Origin: Trichinella spiralis
Lineage: Eukaryota
Reading direction: 5' to 3'
Assembly (NCBI RefSeq): GCF_000181795.1
Contig: NW_003526940.1
Location: 1,334,242-1,398,241, forward strand
Length of the DNA stretch: 64,000 nt
Shown here piece after piece: positions 1 to 11,747 of this stretch (position 1 is the stretch's first letter; each line of letters opens with the position of its first letter). The notes below the pieces were generated by a model. The model had not been told where the DNA came from, made no database searches, and saw only the letters and a list, made by a program, of their open reading frames with translations. A program made the translations under genes and the position numbers.

Positions 1-172
1 AATCCTAAATGGAATATTTTGAATCAACGAAATGAAAAATATTGCAGCTAATCACAACTGAAGAGTTGAATCAATGAGCAATTAGATAAGGAAAACCAAT
101 ACGACGACAATAAGAAAGCGCGTTGAACGACCAGTAAGAAAAGGCGGTGAAAATTTGTCCCCAAGTAGACCA
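1..172. repeat. Interspersed repeat copy (probable DNA-transposon terminal region), truncated by the window edge
   Basis: Colinear with 59991-60179. Shared blocks include GGAATATTT, CAGCTAATCACAACTGAAGA, AACGACCAGTAA and CGGTGAAAATTTGTCCC. Confidence 0.8.
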
Positions 173-443
173 AATCTACAGTAAGATGGCAAAGTCAAAT
201 GCGAAAAACTACTGCCACAGAATAAAAGTAAGCAATCATTCTTAGTTTTGATATAAAATGATGTTTTAATTATTAATCCTTGTACAATTTATTTTCTGAA
301 AAAGGAAAGCAGAAAAAAAGAACATAAAAGACAAATTTATTCTTCCACAAAAAGTAAAAAATAATTCTTTCCACAATCAAGCGCGCATACATCAAGAGCG
401 TCATCTTCTGCCCTAAAAAAATTACAAGATATGCAACGGGATT

Positions 444-2629
444 TTATTTTGGACAGTCTTCAAGTTGAGCAGCGATTGCATCAAATCGAGCAAATATATC
501 ATTATTTTCAATGCAAACTGCCATTGCTGGTTCTTTGGTTTGATTTTTCTAAAAATTTATACAAAAAGTAAAAAAATTGAAATGATCTCTAATGCATATA
601 AACTTACAAAATATGGCTTGTCAATATGACAAAATATATTTCCAGGATCTGAAACTGCCCAGTTTGTGATGTCTGCTCCAAGATTGGTGTTATGATCGTT
701 AATGGCAGCTGGGCTTTTGATTAAACGAATGTGCTTTTGCGAACCTCTGCAATCCCCTTTCAGTTTGCTGTCTCTTCTTGACCACACCTTGATGGTTTTT
801 TTCAAAACTTTTACAATCACTTTTTTGTAAATTTCTAAATATTCACTGTAATTAATCATAATTTCCTACATAAACTAAATTTTATGTGATTATATTCCAA
901 ATTAATGAAGTCTCCATTTTACTTAAAATATTTTTAATTTAAATTTTAGCATTTCAAAATTTAAATTTATATAGCTCATTTTGTACTTTGCAAAAATTAC
1001 AGCATTTAACGCTATTCATTTTGCACATGATGAGAGAAACTAATAATTTCATGGTCCACTCATTATTCATCTACTAAAATTACTTGTGCATTACTCTTTT
1101 TCTACCATAAATGTAGGCTAAAAAGCATGGAGCAGAATCTTCTAAATAGACAGTTGAAACTCAGCCCATGCTCACCATATTTAGATGTCTCTGATTTACT
1201 GTAAATATGAACGGTTACAGGAGCTGCACCATTTTGTGTACGGATTGTCTGTCTTGATGTGAATGGCGGAAGAGTGGGAATTTTTCCTTCTGCCAATTTA
1301 TTGAAGTATGGCATTGCTGCGGTTTCTGTCTTAGGAATATCGTTATAATATATAACTGGTTGAACAAGTAGTAATGATGCAGCTAAAGAAATAAGAGTCA
1401 ACAGAAAGAAAATTATAAATCATACCACTATTAATGGTCGAGATGTAGAATTTCAAAATTGAAAAATGGTGGTTACCTTCATATAGCTCTACCCTAAAAA
1501 CCTTTAAAAAATGAAATTCATATTTTTAGCAATAAAAATATTTTCATGAATTGTAAAAATGATTATGTTATTTGAAGTTAGGTGAGTTCATATTGTTTAT
1601 TTTCCACATCAGATTATTTTTATTAACAGAAATGATATTCCTGTATTAAATGTTTAATTTTGTTCTTTAATACTAAGTTTGAAAACGGAAAGTTTCTAAT
1701 TTCAATATATTTGTTGTGTAATGGAAATACAAACCGATAGCATTTATTTGAGATTCAGATATAGTTAGGCAAATTAGTAAATGCCCTCTGGCGTTCTCAG
1801 CTACTGGCCAATTGTAGGCTATTTTTGCTGTTGGAAATCCAGGTACGGTATGTACAATCCACGCTGCAGAATCTGTACCAGCAGCATCAGATAGAATTAT
1901 TATACCTGTAATTTGAATACAGAATTTTATTTAAAATGTCAAGGTTTCCAAAATTATGCTTATTGAATAACCTTTGCTGTTCGATTTTGTCTTTAGATTT
2001 GGAACTCCAGGTGGAGCATTGTTGTATGCAAGAAATTTTATATTACCGTTGTTTCCCACGACATGTTCAATTGCTTTTCCAAATGAATGTCCTCCGGCGT
2101 TGGTAAATGGCTGTGCTCCGTTATCCCAGGCTCCTGCAGCAGTTGCAAAAATAATTTTTCCATTGGGTTGTGCAGGTGCTTTGTATACAATGGCCCTAAA
2201 TTGATATGGAGCACTTTATAATTCTTTTGTTCAAAATATCTTTCAATAATTGAACTGAAATTGCATTTTAGTGCATAATTTTTGTAAATTTCAATCACTG
2301 ATTGCAATTTTGATGTCGAAGCACTATACTTATAAGAAAATAAAGAAACCACGTTTTTTAGACTGATATAAATTTTAGAAGTGATCATTATTCATGTCAT
2401 CACGCGTTTTATATTATTTAGTTTTCATTTCTGTAAAGCACATATTTCAAAAATCCTATGTTTTTGTTAAATTACATATTCTGAATAAAATTGCTGCTGC
2501 TGTCAAATATTTCTTCAAAACATACCAGTCTACGTTTCCATTACCATCTTTATTCTGACATTGTGATGTTTGAGAATGTGATAAATTTGTAAAAAGAAAC
2601 AGTACAAACAGATGCAAAATTTCCAACAT
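444..2629 (-). CDS. Secreted DNase II-like (plancitoxin-like) protein, copy 1, ~345 aa, catalytic motifs degenerate
   Basis: Six exons: 2629-2526, 2195-1972, 1905-1735, 1382-1176, 834-608, 548-444. All introns GT-AG, 1038 nt in frame. Signal peptide MLEILHLFVLFLFTNLSHS. DNase II family motifs DW-AIVYKAP, LAYNNAPP, SKG, AAWIVHTVPGFP, GHLLICLT, WAVS and C-terminal AVCI. Confidence 0.92.
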
Positions 2630-2720
2630 AGCTTACTTATTTAAAGAATCATATTGAAACTGGATTAAAATCTTGTAATTTAAGATCGTAAATGTTTATT
2701 CTATCAAACAAATAATAATA

Positions 2721-2745
2721 TTTGCTGAAAATTCACCAATGTTGT
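2721..2745 (-). promoter_or_regulatory. Conserved upstream block of DNase II-like copy 1 (also before copies 3 and 4)
   Basis: ACAACATTGGTGAATTTTCAGCAAA lies about 90 nt upstream of the ATG. It is identical at 8761-8785 and has 2 mismatches at 11631-11655. Regulatory function is inferred only. Confidence 0.35.
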
Positions 2746-3413
2746 GAATTTATGTTTTGCTCAATTCTGAACTTTGCATAAGCAGTCTAATTGTAATAAT
2801 TTCTTTTTGACAATGTTACCCTTATTTTATTTTTATTTCATGTAATTCAAAATTTTATTGTATTGTAATTATTACATCTTATGTAATTGTTCATTGATAA
2901 ATAAATAATTTTATAAGCAAGTCCAAAATCTTTTTTGCGTTGCATGTGTAAAATACGCAGTTAAAATATTTTTGCTGAAATGTCTGCCAAAAAAATATCT
3001 GATTACTTATTTAGATACTTTACCATCTGCATTCATAAAATTTGATTATAGGCATATAAAACTTGATTTTTCGTTAAAATAGAATTCTTAACTTCTTGAA
3101 GTGCTTAATTCCTCGAACTGTATTTAATTTAACATTTTGCATTTAACATTTAATATTGAATTATTATTATTCAATTTGATTTAATTATGAAATTAGATTA
3201 TTAATATTATTATTATCATTATTATTATTAAATAATTTTAAAATGACAGAAATAAACTTCTTACTGAAACCACAGAATTTTATGGAAACATGATTCTTCA
3301 AAAATTTGTTTAATTAATATACTTTCTGCAAATATTATTCTATGGAATAAATATTTGAGAGGGCAAACAGCACGGCTAAAATGATGTTCTCAGTTTAATC
3401 AGTGAAAGAATAA

Positions 3414-5639
3414 ATGACGCTTGAAATTTTTAATGTGCTTTCACTGTTTCTTTTCATTAATTTATCGTATTCTCAAACTACAAAATGTCAGAATAGAGTT
3501 GGAGGTGCTGAAGCAGACTGGTAAGGTTTCAAAGAGTTCATAAAACCATCAAAATATTTTCCATTTGTTTTGAAAAATTTCATAAAATGAAGGCACATGA
3601 TTATTTATATCTATATATCTATCTTTATGTCCATTTATTTATAGTTATTCCTACTAGATTTATATCAATATTCATTTCTATTCATTCAAATAAAATTTGC
3701 AGCTAGCATTGATAAATCTAACACTATGTGAGGCTCCGAAGGCACCTTTCTTTACTATTCTAGGGCTGCTTATTGTTCATTAAAAAATAACACGTATTAA
3801 ACATAATTTTATGTCGGCATGACACGTAATAGAAATCATTCAAAAAATTTTTATAAATAAAAAGTATTCATTATAAATTTAGGGCTATAGTATACAAAGC
3901 ACCTGGGCAAGCTAACGGCAAAATTATCGAAGCAACTGCTGCTGCTCAAGACTGGCAGGACGGAGCACAAGCATTAAACAACCGTGACCAGCATTCATTT
4001 GCAAAGGCACTAGAGCATGTGGTGGGAGACAATCAGAATGTAAAATTTCTTGCTTACAATAATGCGCCACCAGGTGTTGGCAATGTAAAAACCAAATCGA
4101 ACAGCAAAGGTTATTCAACATAATTTCAATAATTTTAGAAATCGTTTACAGCATATCAAGATTCTTTTAATGTTGCATTCATATTGCAGGCGTAATAATA
4201 CTGTCTACAACCACAGATTCTGCAGCGTGGATTGTACATACCGTACCTGGATTTCCAGCCGCAAAAACAGGCTACAGTTGGCCAGTAGCCGAGAACGCCA
4301 GAGGACATTTATTAATTTGTCTAACAATCTCAGAATCGCAAATAAATGCTATCGGTTTGTATTATCATTACTCAGCATATATATTGATATGGAAAACTTT
4401 GCATTTTCAAACTTAGCATTAAAGAACAAAATTAAATATCTATAAAATAAATATTTAATATAGGAATACCATTTCTGACAATAATAATAATAATCAGATT
4501 TGGGAAATGAGCATCATGAACTCATCTAACTTCAAATAACATAATCATTTTTACAAATCTGTGAAAATATTTTTATTGCGAAAGATACTAATTTTATTTT
4601 TACAAAATTTTCATAGTAGAGCTGTATGAAGGTAACCACCACTTTTCAATTTCGAAATTCTAGATCTCGTCCATTAATAGTGGTATGATTCATAATTTTC
4701 TTTAGCTGCATCATTACTACTTGTTCAACCACTTATACATTATAACGATATTCCTAAGACAGAAACTGCAGCAATGCCATACTTCAATAAATTGGCAGAA
4801 GGAAAAATTCCCACTCTTCCGCCATTCACATCAAGACAGACAATCCGTACACAAAATGGTGCAGCTCCTGTAACCGTTCATATTTACAGTAAATCAGAGA
4901 CATCTAAATATGGTGAGCATGAGCTGAGTTTCAACTGTCTATTTAGAATATTCTGCTCAAAGCTTTTTAGAACATTTATGGTAGGAAAAGAGTAATGCAC
5001 AAGTAATTTTAGTAGATGAATAATGAGTGGACCGTGAAATCATTAGTTTTTCTCATAATGTGCAAAATGAATAGCTTTCAAAGCTATAATTTTTGCAAAG
5101 TACAAAATTAGCTAAAACTAATTGAAAATTTCAAATGCTATAATTTAAATTCAATATATTTTAAGCAAAATAGGAGCTTCATTAATTTGGAATGTGATCA
5201 TATGAAATTTAGTTTATAGAGGTAATTATAATTAATATCGTGGATTTTTAGAAATTTACAAAAAAGTGATTGTAAAAGTTTTGAAAAAAACGATCAAAGT
5301 GTGGTCAAGAAGAGACCGCATACTGAAAGGGGATTGCAGAGGTTTGCAAAGGCACATTCGTTTAATCAAAAGCCCAGCTGCCATTAACGGTCATAACACG
5401 AATCTTGAATCAGACATCACAAACTGGGCAGTTTCAGATCCTGGAAATATATTTTGTCATATTGACAAGCCATATTTTGTAAGTTCATATGCATTAGATA
5501 TCATTTCAATTTTTCAATTTTTTCTATAATTTAGAAAAATCAAACCAGAGAACCAGCGATGGCAATTTGCATTGACAACGTTAATATATTTACTCGATTT
5601 GATGCAATCGCTGCTCAACTTGACGATTGTCCAAAATAA
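3414..5639 (+). CDS. Secreted DNase II-like protein, copy 2, ~345 aa, catalytic motifs degenerate
   Basis: Exons 3414-3520, 3883-4109, 4190-4354, 4706-4912, 5252-5478, 5535-5639 (1038 nt, in frame). Signal peptide MTLEIFNVLSLFLFINLSYS. Same motifs and intron phases as copy 1. Confidence 0.92.
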
Positions 5640-8600
5640 AGTTTCATAGTATTTTCCCACTTTAATATTTTGTTTAAGCAAGTTGCACCGATGAATCAGA
5701 TATTTACGCGTTAGATTATATCAATCAGAATTTTGTTCTTTTTATGGAAGAGCTCATGATTACCATGGAAATGATAATGGAAAAGCCAATTGAAGCAGAG
5801 GGTTTGGATTTGTTTCATTGAAGAAATTTCTTCATAATTGTTTTTCTTTTTCTTATTTCAGCAATCTGTTTAAAATTCGAATAATATTGAGCAACTGATT
5901 GGCCTCAGTTTAATTAGTTTTTGCCCCTTTTTTTATAAACAGAAAAAAGCCATAAATCTGATACGAGAACTAATCGAATTCCAAAAGTGTTAAGATTTTA
6001 CTACGTCCAACGGTGTTAATTTTTTTGAAAAGTGAATTATGAGGAATAATAATCTGTAAAACACTGAATACATAATTTGCATTGAAAGTGTATCCCCAGT
6101 TATAATTTTCCATATTTGATCGGTTTCATTTTGCTTGTATAGTACAATTTAAACTTCGTTATTGCTATCTTCCTGTTACACCGATATAATATGTGGCGAT
6201 AGTTTTGAAATCATATGAATTTTAAATGTAGGAGATGTCTGTGTACATAATATAAGCCTGTTGCATGGTGATCTTTGTAATTATTTAACAATATGTTTAT
6301 ATAATAATTATATTCCACAATGGATTAATTTCAGATGTAACGTTAATTTCTATTACAAAAACAAGAAGTTTGGATGAACTACAGTTGATACATGTAATCC
6401 TACATGAATACGACTGAAATGCGCAAGTAGCAATCTGAAGCACGTGCATTAATAAAATCTCAGTCCTAGTTTTTCATTTTTATTTTTGTTAATTTCACAA
6501 TAAACAAGACTTATTTTTATTGAAATAAACGTAATGATCACGCGTACGTATTGTCTATTTAAATAATTTGATAAGGACAACGCAATCGCTCAAATGAGAA
6601 TAGAAAGTAAATATTAACTAATTTGCTTTTAACACTAAATATTTGTAAACATCATCAAACAGTGTGGTTATAGAATTATCTAAAATACCATGATCAATTT
6701 TGAAATTTAGTCAGGTTATTGAAAAAATTTCTTGCAATTCTTATAAAAATGAGGTGAAGCATCAACTTAGTACATATTAATCATTTTCTAATTTATCATT
6801 TTTACTAAAAATTGCAACAAAGAAAATATTTTTTTAGCTCAATTTATCGTTGTGTACCACAGGTTGATATGTCATAGCAAGTATCCCTATCATCAATCAA
6901 TAAGATGCTATCAATCATAGAAAAAGTAACGCACACGCGAGAAAGCACCAAATGTAAACTTGTGACGGTGAGAGCTTGGGGGATAGTATGCGAGGCGTGA
7001 TAAATAATATGTATATGTGAGTGCGTGGATCGATTTTTTGCGATATTATATATTCCGTCAAATAAACATTGCTTAAAATTTGACTTCACTTCTTCATATA
7101 AAGCATGCAGTAACTTTTTTGATTTATTTTTCATCGAAATGAACGATTTCATGTATTTAAGTAAAGTTTATATATGCATTTCAAATTATACTTTCTTTGA
7201 TACATATGTAAGCAATATTTTTTTCTCTCATTTGCCTCAAATTTGAATGGACCAAATTTACATTTCCATATAATTTGTTGGACTTTTTAATGTATGATTC
7301 AGTTTATTAATTAGATTAGTCATTCTTTTACTTACAGAATCGTATGCATTTTATGCATTTGTCTTTAACTGATATAAAATGCAGTTAACACAAAAAAATC
7401 ATGCGGAAATAATCTGCAGAATAAATATAAAAATATCACAATGCAAGAAAGAAAGCTAAAAAAATATCAACAATCACAAATTCACTAGCTGCCGAGTTAA
7501 ATAGAGAACATTGTTCGCTGAAAAACAAAGGAGTAGATTAACGCATTAGTTCCAATTTTCTCTTCATTCTACCTTTATTATGCGTACTTATTTTTGAATT
7601 TAATAATATGCAGCAATCCATTAGATATACGGAGAAATTTGCGTATTTTCATTTCAAAGGTAATTTGTAATTTAACCTTATGTGCATTGCAGCTTGACTT
7701 TTACTGTTGGTGGATTGTTTGCTTGCAGCTTGTACTCATCGCTATTGACAACTGTGATCAATTTTTAAAAACATTAAAGAATTTAATGTGATGCATATTT
7801 TTAAATCTTATTCTGGTAATTCTTAATATTCTGATTGACCTTCTATAATGATTGCGTCAATTAATGAAGAATGTCATGTAAATTCAAATTCATATGATAA
7901 TTTATGACAGTTTCATCAAGTGATTATTAAAGAATATGCTCAAACTATCATTGCAGTCAATTTCAGAATAAATACATATTCGAATTCTCCATTTTTTAAA
8001 TATCGTTAATAATATGTTCCAAGTAATTGTTTTCAAAAATATTATTTCATTGCACATTCAAAATTTTGAGTAACATCTATAAAGTGCTTTACGATGAATT
8101 GCATTTTAGGACTGCTGTTGATACCAAAAGCAGCTCTTATATATTTCTAAAAACCATTTGCAAAATATTTCCCAAACATATTGAGATATCAAAGTAAACT
8201 TCAATAAATTAAAAATAAAAATATTCGTAATTCTTCATTTAATTTTTGTGCTTTTTCAATATAGCGCAGTAAAATGACATGTATTTATTTCAATTTTCTA
8301 ATAATTAAGATGTTGAATTTTCTTTTGTTTCAAATGAAGATATCCTTACATTAGTAGCCAGTTGTTTAAAGAGAAGATGCAAAGAACATTGGTAACAGTT
8401 CGAAGAATTAAGCACTACAAAAATATGGATTTTACTTTAATGCAAAATCCAGTTTTTTTAGCTTATAAGCAAACTTTATGAATCAAATGGTAAAGCATCT
8501 AAACAAGTAATCAGATATTTTTTTTCAGTAAACATATAACGATTTTAAATGCGTATTTTAAACTTGCAACGCAGAAAACAGTTTTGGATTTGCATATAAA

Positions 8601-8874
8601 GTTGTTCATTTATCAATGAGCAATTAAATGAGTTGTAATAATTGCAATGCAACAAAATTATAAATAATATAAAATAAACCTAAACCAAATAAAAGTCAAA
8701 ACAAAATTGCTGTGATTAGATTGATTATTTATAATTCACCATTGAGTAGAACTTTGATCCACAACATTGGTGAATTTTCAGCAAATATTGCTAGTTGTTC
8801 GATTAAATAAACACTTATGATTTTAAATTGCAAGATTATAATCCAATCTCAAATTCAGTCTGTAAATAAAAGCG

Positions 8875-11090
8875 ATGCTGAAAATTTTGCATCTGCTTGC
8901 AGTGTTTCTTTTCACAGATTTATCACAATCTCAAATATCAAAATGTCGGAATAGAGATGGTACTGATAACGTAGACTGGTATGTTTTGAAACAACTTATG
9001 ATTTTAGCAAATATTTTATCCAGAATATGTAATTTAACAAAAACATAGGGTTTCCTGAAAAATCTGCTTGACAAAAATGAAAACCAATAATATAACACGC
9101 CCGTTGACCATGCATAATAATTATTTCTAGAATTTCTATCTGTCCCAAAAACGTTGCTTCTTTATCTTCTTATAGCTACAATGCTTTGACATCAAAATTG
9201 CAATCAGTGTTTGACATTTACAGAAATTATGCAATAAAATGCAATTTCAATTCAAACTTAAGAATAAACATAATAAAATTATTGAAAAATATTTTACACA
9301 AAAGAATCATAAAGTTATCCATATCAATTTAGGACCATTGTATACAAAGCACCTGGACAACCTAATGGGAAAATTATTCTAGCAACTGCTGCAGCATCCT
9401 GGGATGACGGAGCACAAGCATTAAGCAGTGATAACGGGCATTCATTTGCATCGGCATTACAGCATGTAGTGAGAGACAATGGCAATATAAAATTTCTCGC
9501 TTACAATAATGCGCCACCAGGTGTTGCCAATGTAAAAACCAAATCAAACAGCAAAGGTTATTCAACATAATTTTAATAATTTTAGAAATCTTTTACAGCA
9601 TAACAAGATTCTTTTAATGTTGCATTCATATTGCAGGTGTAATAATACTGGCCACCAATGCAGATTCTGCAGCGTGGATTGTACATACCGTACCTGGATT
9701 TCCAGCCGCAAAAACAGGCTACAGTTGGCCAGTAGCTGAGAACGCCAGAGGACATTTGCTAATTTGTCTAACAATCCTAGAATCGCAAATAAATGCTATC
9801 GGTTTGTATTTTCATTACTCAGCGAATATATTGATATGGAAAGCTTTCCATTTTCAAACTTAGCATTAAAGAACAAAATTAAATATCTATAAAATAAATA
9901 TTTAATATAGGAATACCATTTCTGACAATAATAATAATAATCAGATTTGGGAAATGAGCATCATGAACTCATCTAACTTCAAATAACATAATCATTTTTA
10001 CAAATCTGTGAAAATATTTTTATTGCTAAAGATATTAATTTTATTTTTACAAAATTTTCATGGTAGAGCTGTATGAAGGTAACCGCCACTTTTCAATTTC
10101 GAAATTCTAGATCTCGTCCATTAATAGTGGTATGATTCATAATTTTCTTTAGCTGCATCATTACTACTTGTTCAACCACTTATACATTATAACGATATTC
10201 CTAAGACAGAAACTGCAGCAATGCCATACTTCAATAAATTGGCAGAAGGAAAAATTCCCACTCTTCCGCCATTCACATCAAGACAGACAATCCGTACACA
10301 AAATGGTGCAGCTCCTGTAACCGTTCATATTTACAGTAAATCAGAGACATCTAAATATGGTGAGCATGAGCTGAGTTTCAACTGTCTATTTAGAATATTC
10401 TGCTCAAAGCTTTTTAGAACATTTATGGTAGGAAAAGAGTAATGCACAAGTAATTTTAGTAGATGAATAATGAGTGGACCGTGAAATCATTAGTTTTTCT
10501 CATAATGTGCAAAATGAATAGCGTTCAAAGCTATAATTTTTGCAAAGTACAAAATTAGCTAAAACTAATTGAAAATTTCAAATGCTATAATTTTAATTCA
10601 GTATATTTTAAGCAAAATAGGAACTTCATTCATTTGAAATGTGATCACATGAAACTTAGTTTATGTAGAAAATTATCATTAATTACAGTGAATGTTTAGA
10701 AATTTACAAAAAAGTGATTGTAAAAGTTTTGAAAAAAACAATCAAGGTGTGGTCAAGAAGAGACAGTAAACTGAAAGGGGATTGCAGAGGTTCTCAAAGG
10801 CACATTCGTTTAATCAAAAGCCCAGCTGCCATTAACGGTCATAACACGAATCTTGAATCAGACATCACAAACTGGGCAGTTTCAGATCCTGGAAATATAT
10901 TTTGTCATATTGACAAGCCATATTTCGTAAGTTTACATGCTTTAGATATCATTTGAATTTTTTTACTTTTTGTATAAATTTTTAGAAAAATCAAACCAGA
11001 GAACCAGCGATGGCAGTTTGCATTGACAATATTAATATATTTGCTCGATTTGATGCAATCGCTGCTCAACTCGAAGATTGTCCAAAATAA
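8875..11090 (+). CDS. Secreted DNase II-like protein, copy 3, ~343 aa, catalytic motifs degenerate
   Basis: Exons 8875-8978, 9333-9556, 9637-9801, 10153-10359, 10700-10926, 10986-11090 (1032 nt, in frame). Signal peptide MLKILHLLAVFLFTDLSQS. Motifs WIVHTVPGFP and DITNWAVS. Confidence 0.92.
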
Positions 11091-11460
11091 AATCCTGTTG
11101 CATACCTTGTAATTTTTTGTTTAGGATGAAAAATGTTGACGCTCTTGATGCTTGCGCGTTTGATTGTGGAAATAATTATTTTTTACTTTTTGTGATGAAA
11201 ATAAATTTCCCTTTCATGTTCTTCCTTTTGTGCTTTCCTCTTTCAAAAAGTAAATTGTACAGGGATTCATAATTAAAACATTATTTTATACCGGAAGTGA
11301 GCATTATTGCTTTCTTTTATTCTGTGGCAGCTGCTTTTCAGATGTGAGTTTGCCGTCTGATTATAATATAAACGTTTAGTAAGAGGCAGAAAAACGTTTT
11401 CCCTTTGCATATAAAGTAATCTATTTATTAATGGACAATTTTAGATGTGGTACACACGCG

Positions 11461-11484
11461 CACACACACACACACACACACACA
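11461..11484. repeat. (CA)12 microsatellite
   Basis: Direct reading of the sequence. Confidence 0.95.
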
Positions 11485-11747
11485 TGTACATGTAATATAA
11501 ATTATGAATAATAAGAAGTGAAACTGCATAAATGAGAATCACCTTGTTTAAAATAAAATTAAATGTAATTCAAATAAAATTGTGATTAAATTGCTTACTT
11601 TTATTTCTACATTGAGCAAAATTTAAATTAACAACAGTGGTGAATTTTCTGCAAATTCTATTGAGTTGGCTCAATGGGATAAACATCTGCGTTCTTAAAG
11701 AGCATGATATAAATGCTAGTATAAATCTGTTCGACTACGAAGAAAAG

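Noticed and set aside
6844..7246. Short ORFs and a slightly GC-rich patch between DNase II-like copies 2 and 3
   Set aside because: No homology to DNase II exons or to any family I recognise.
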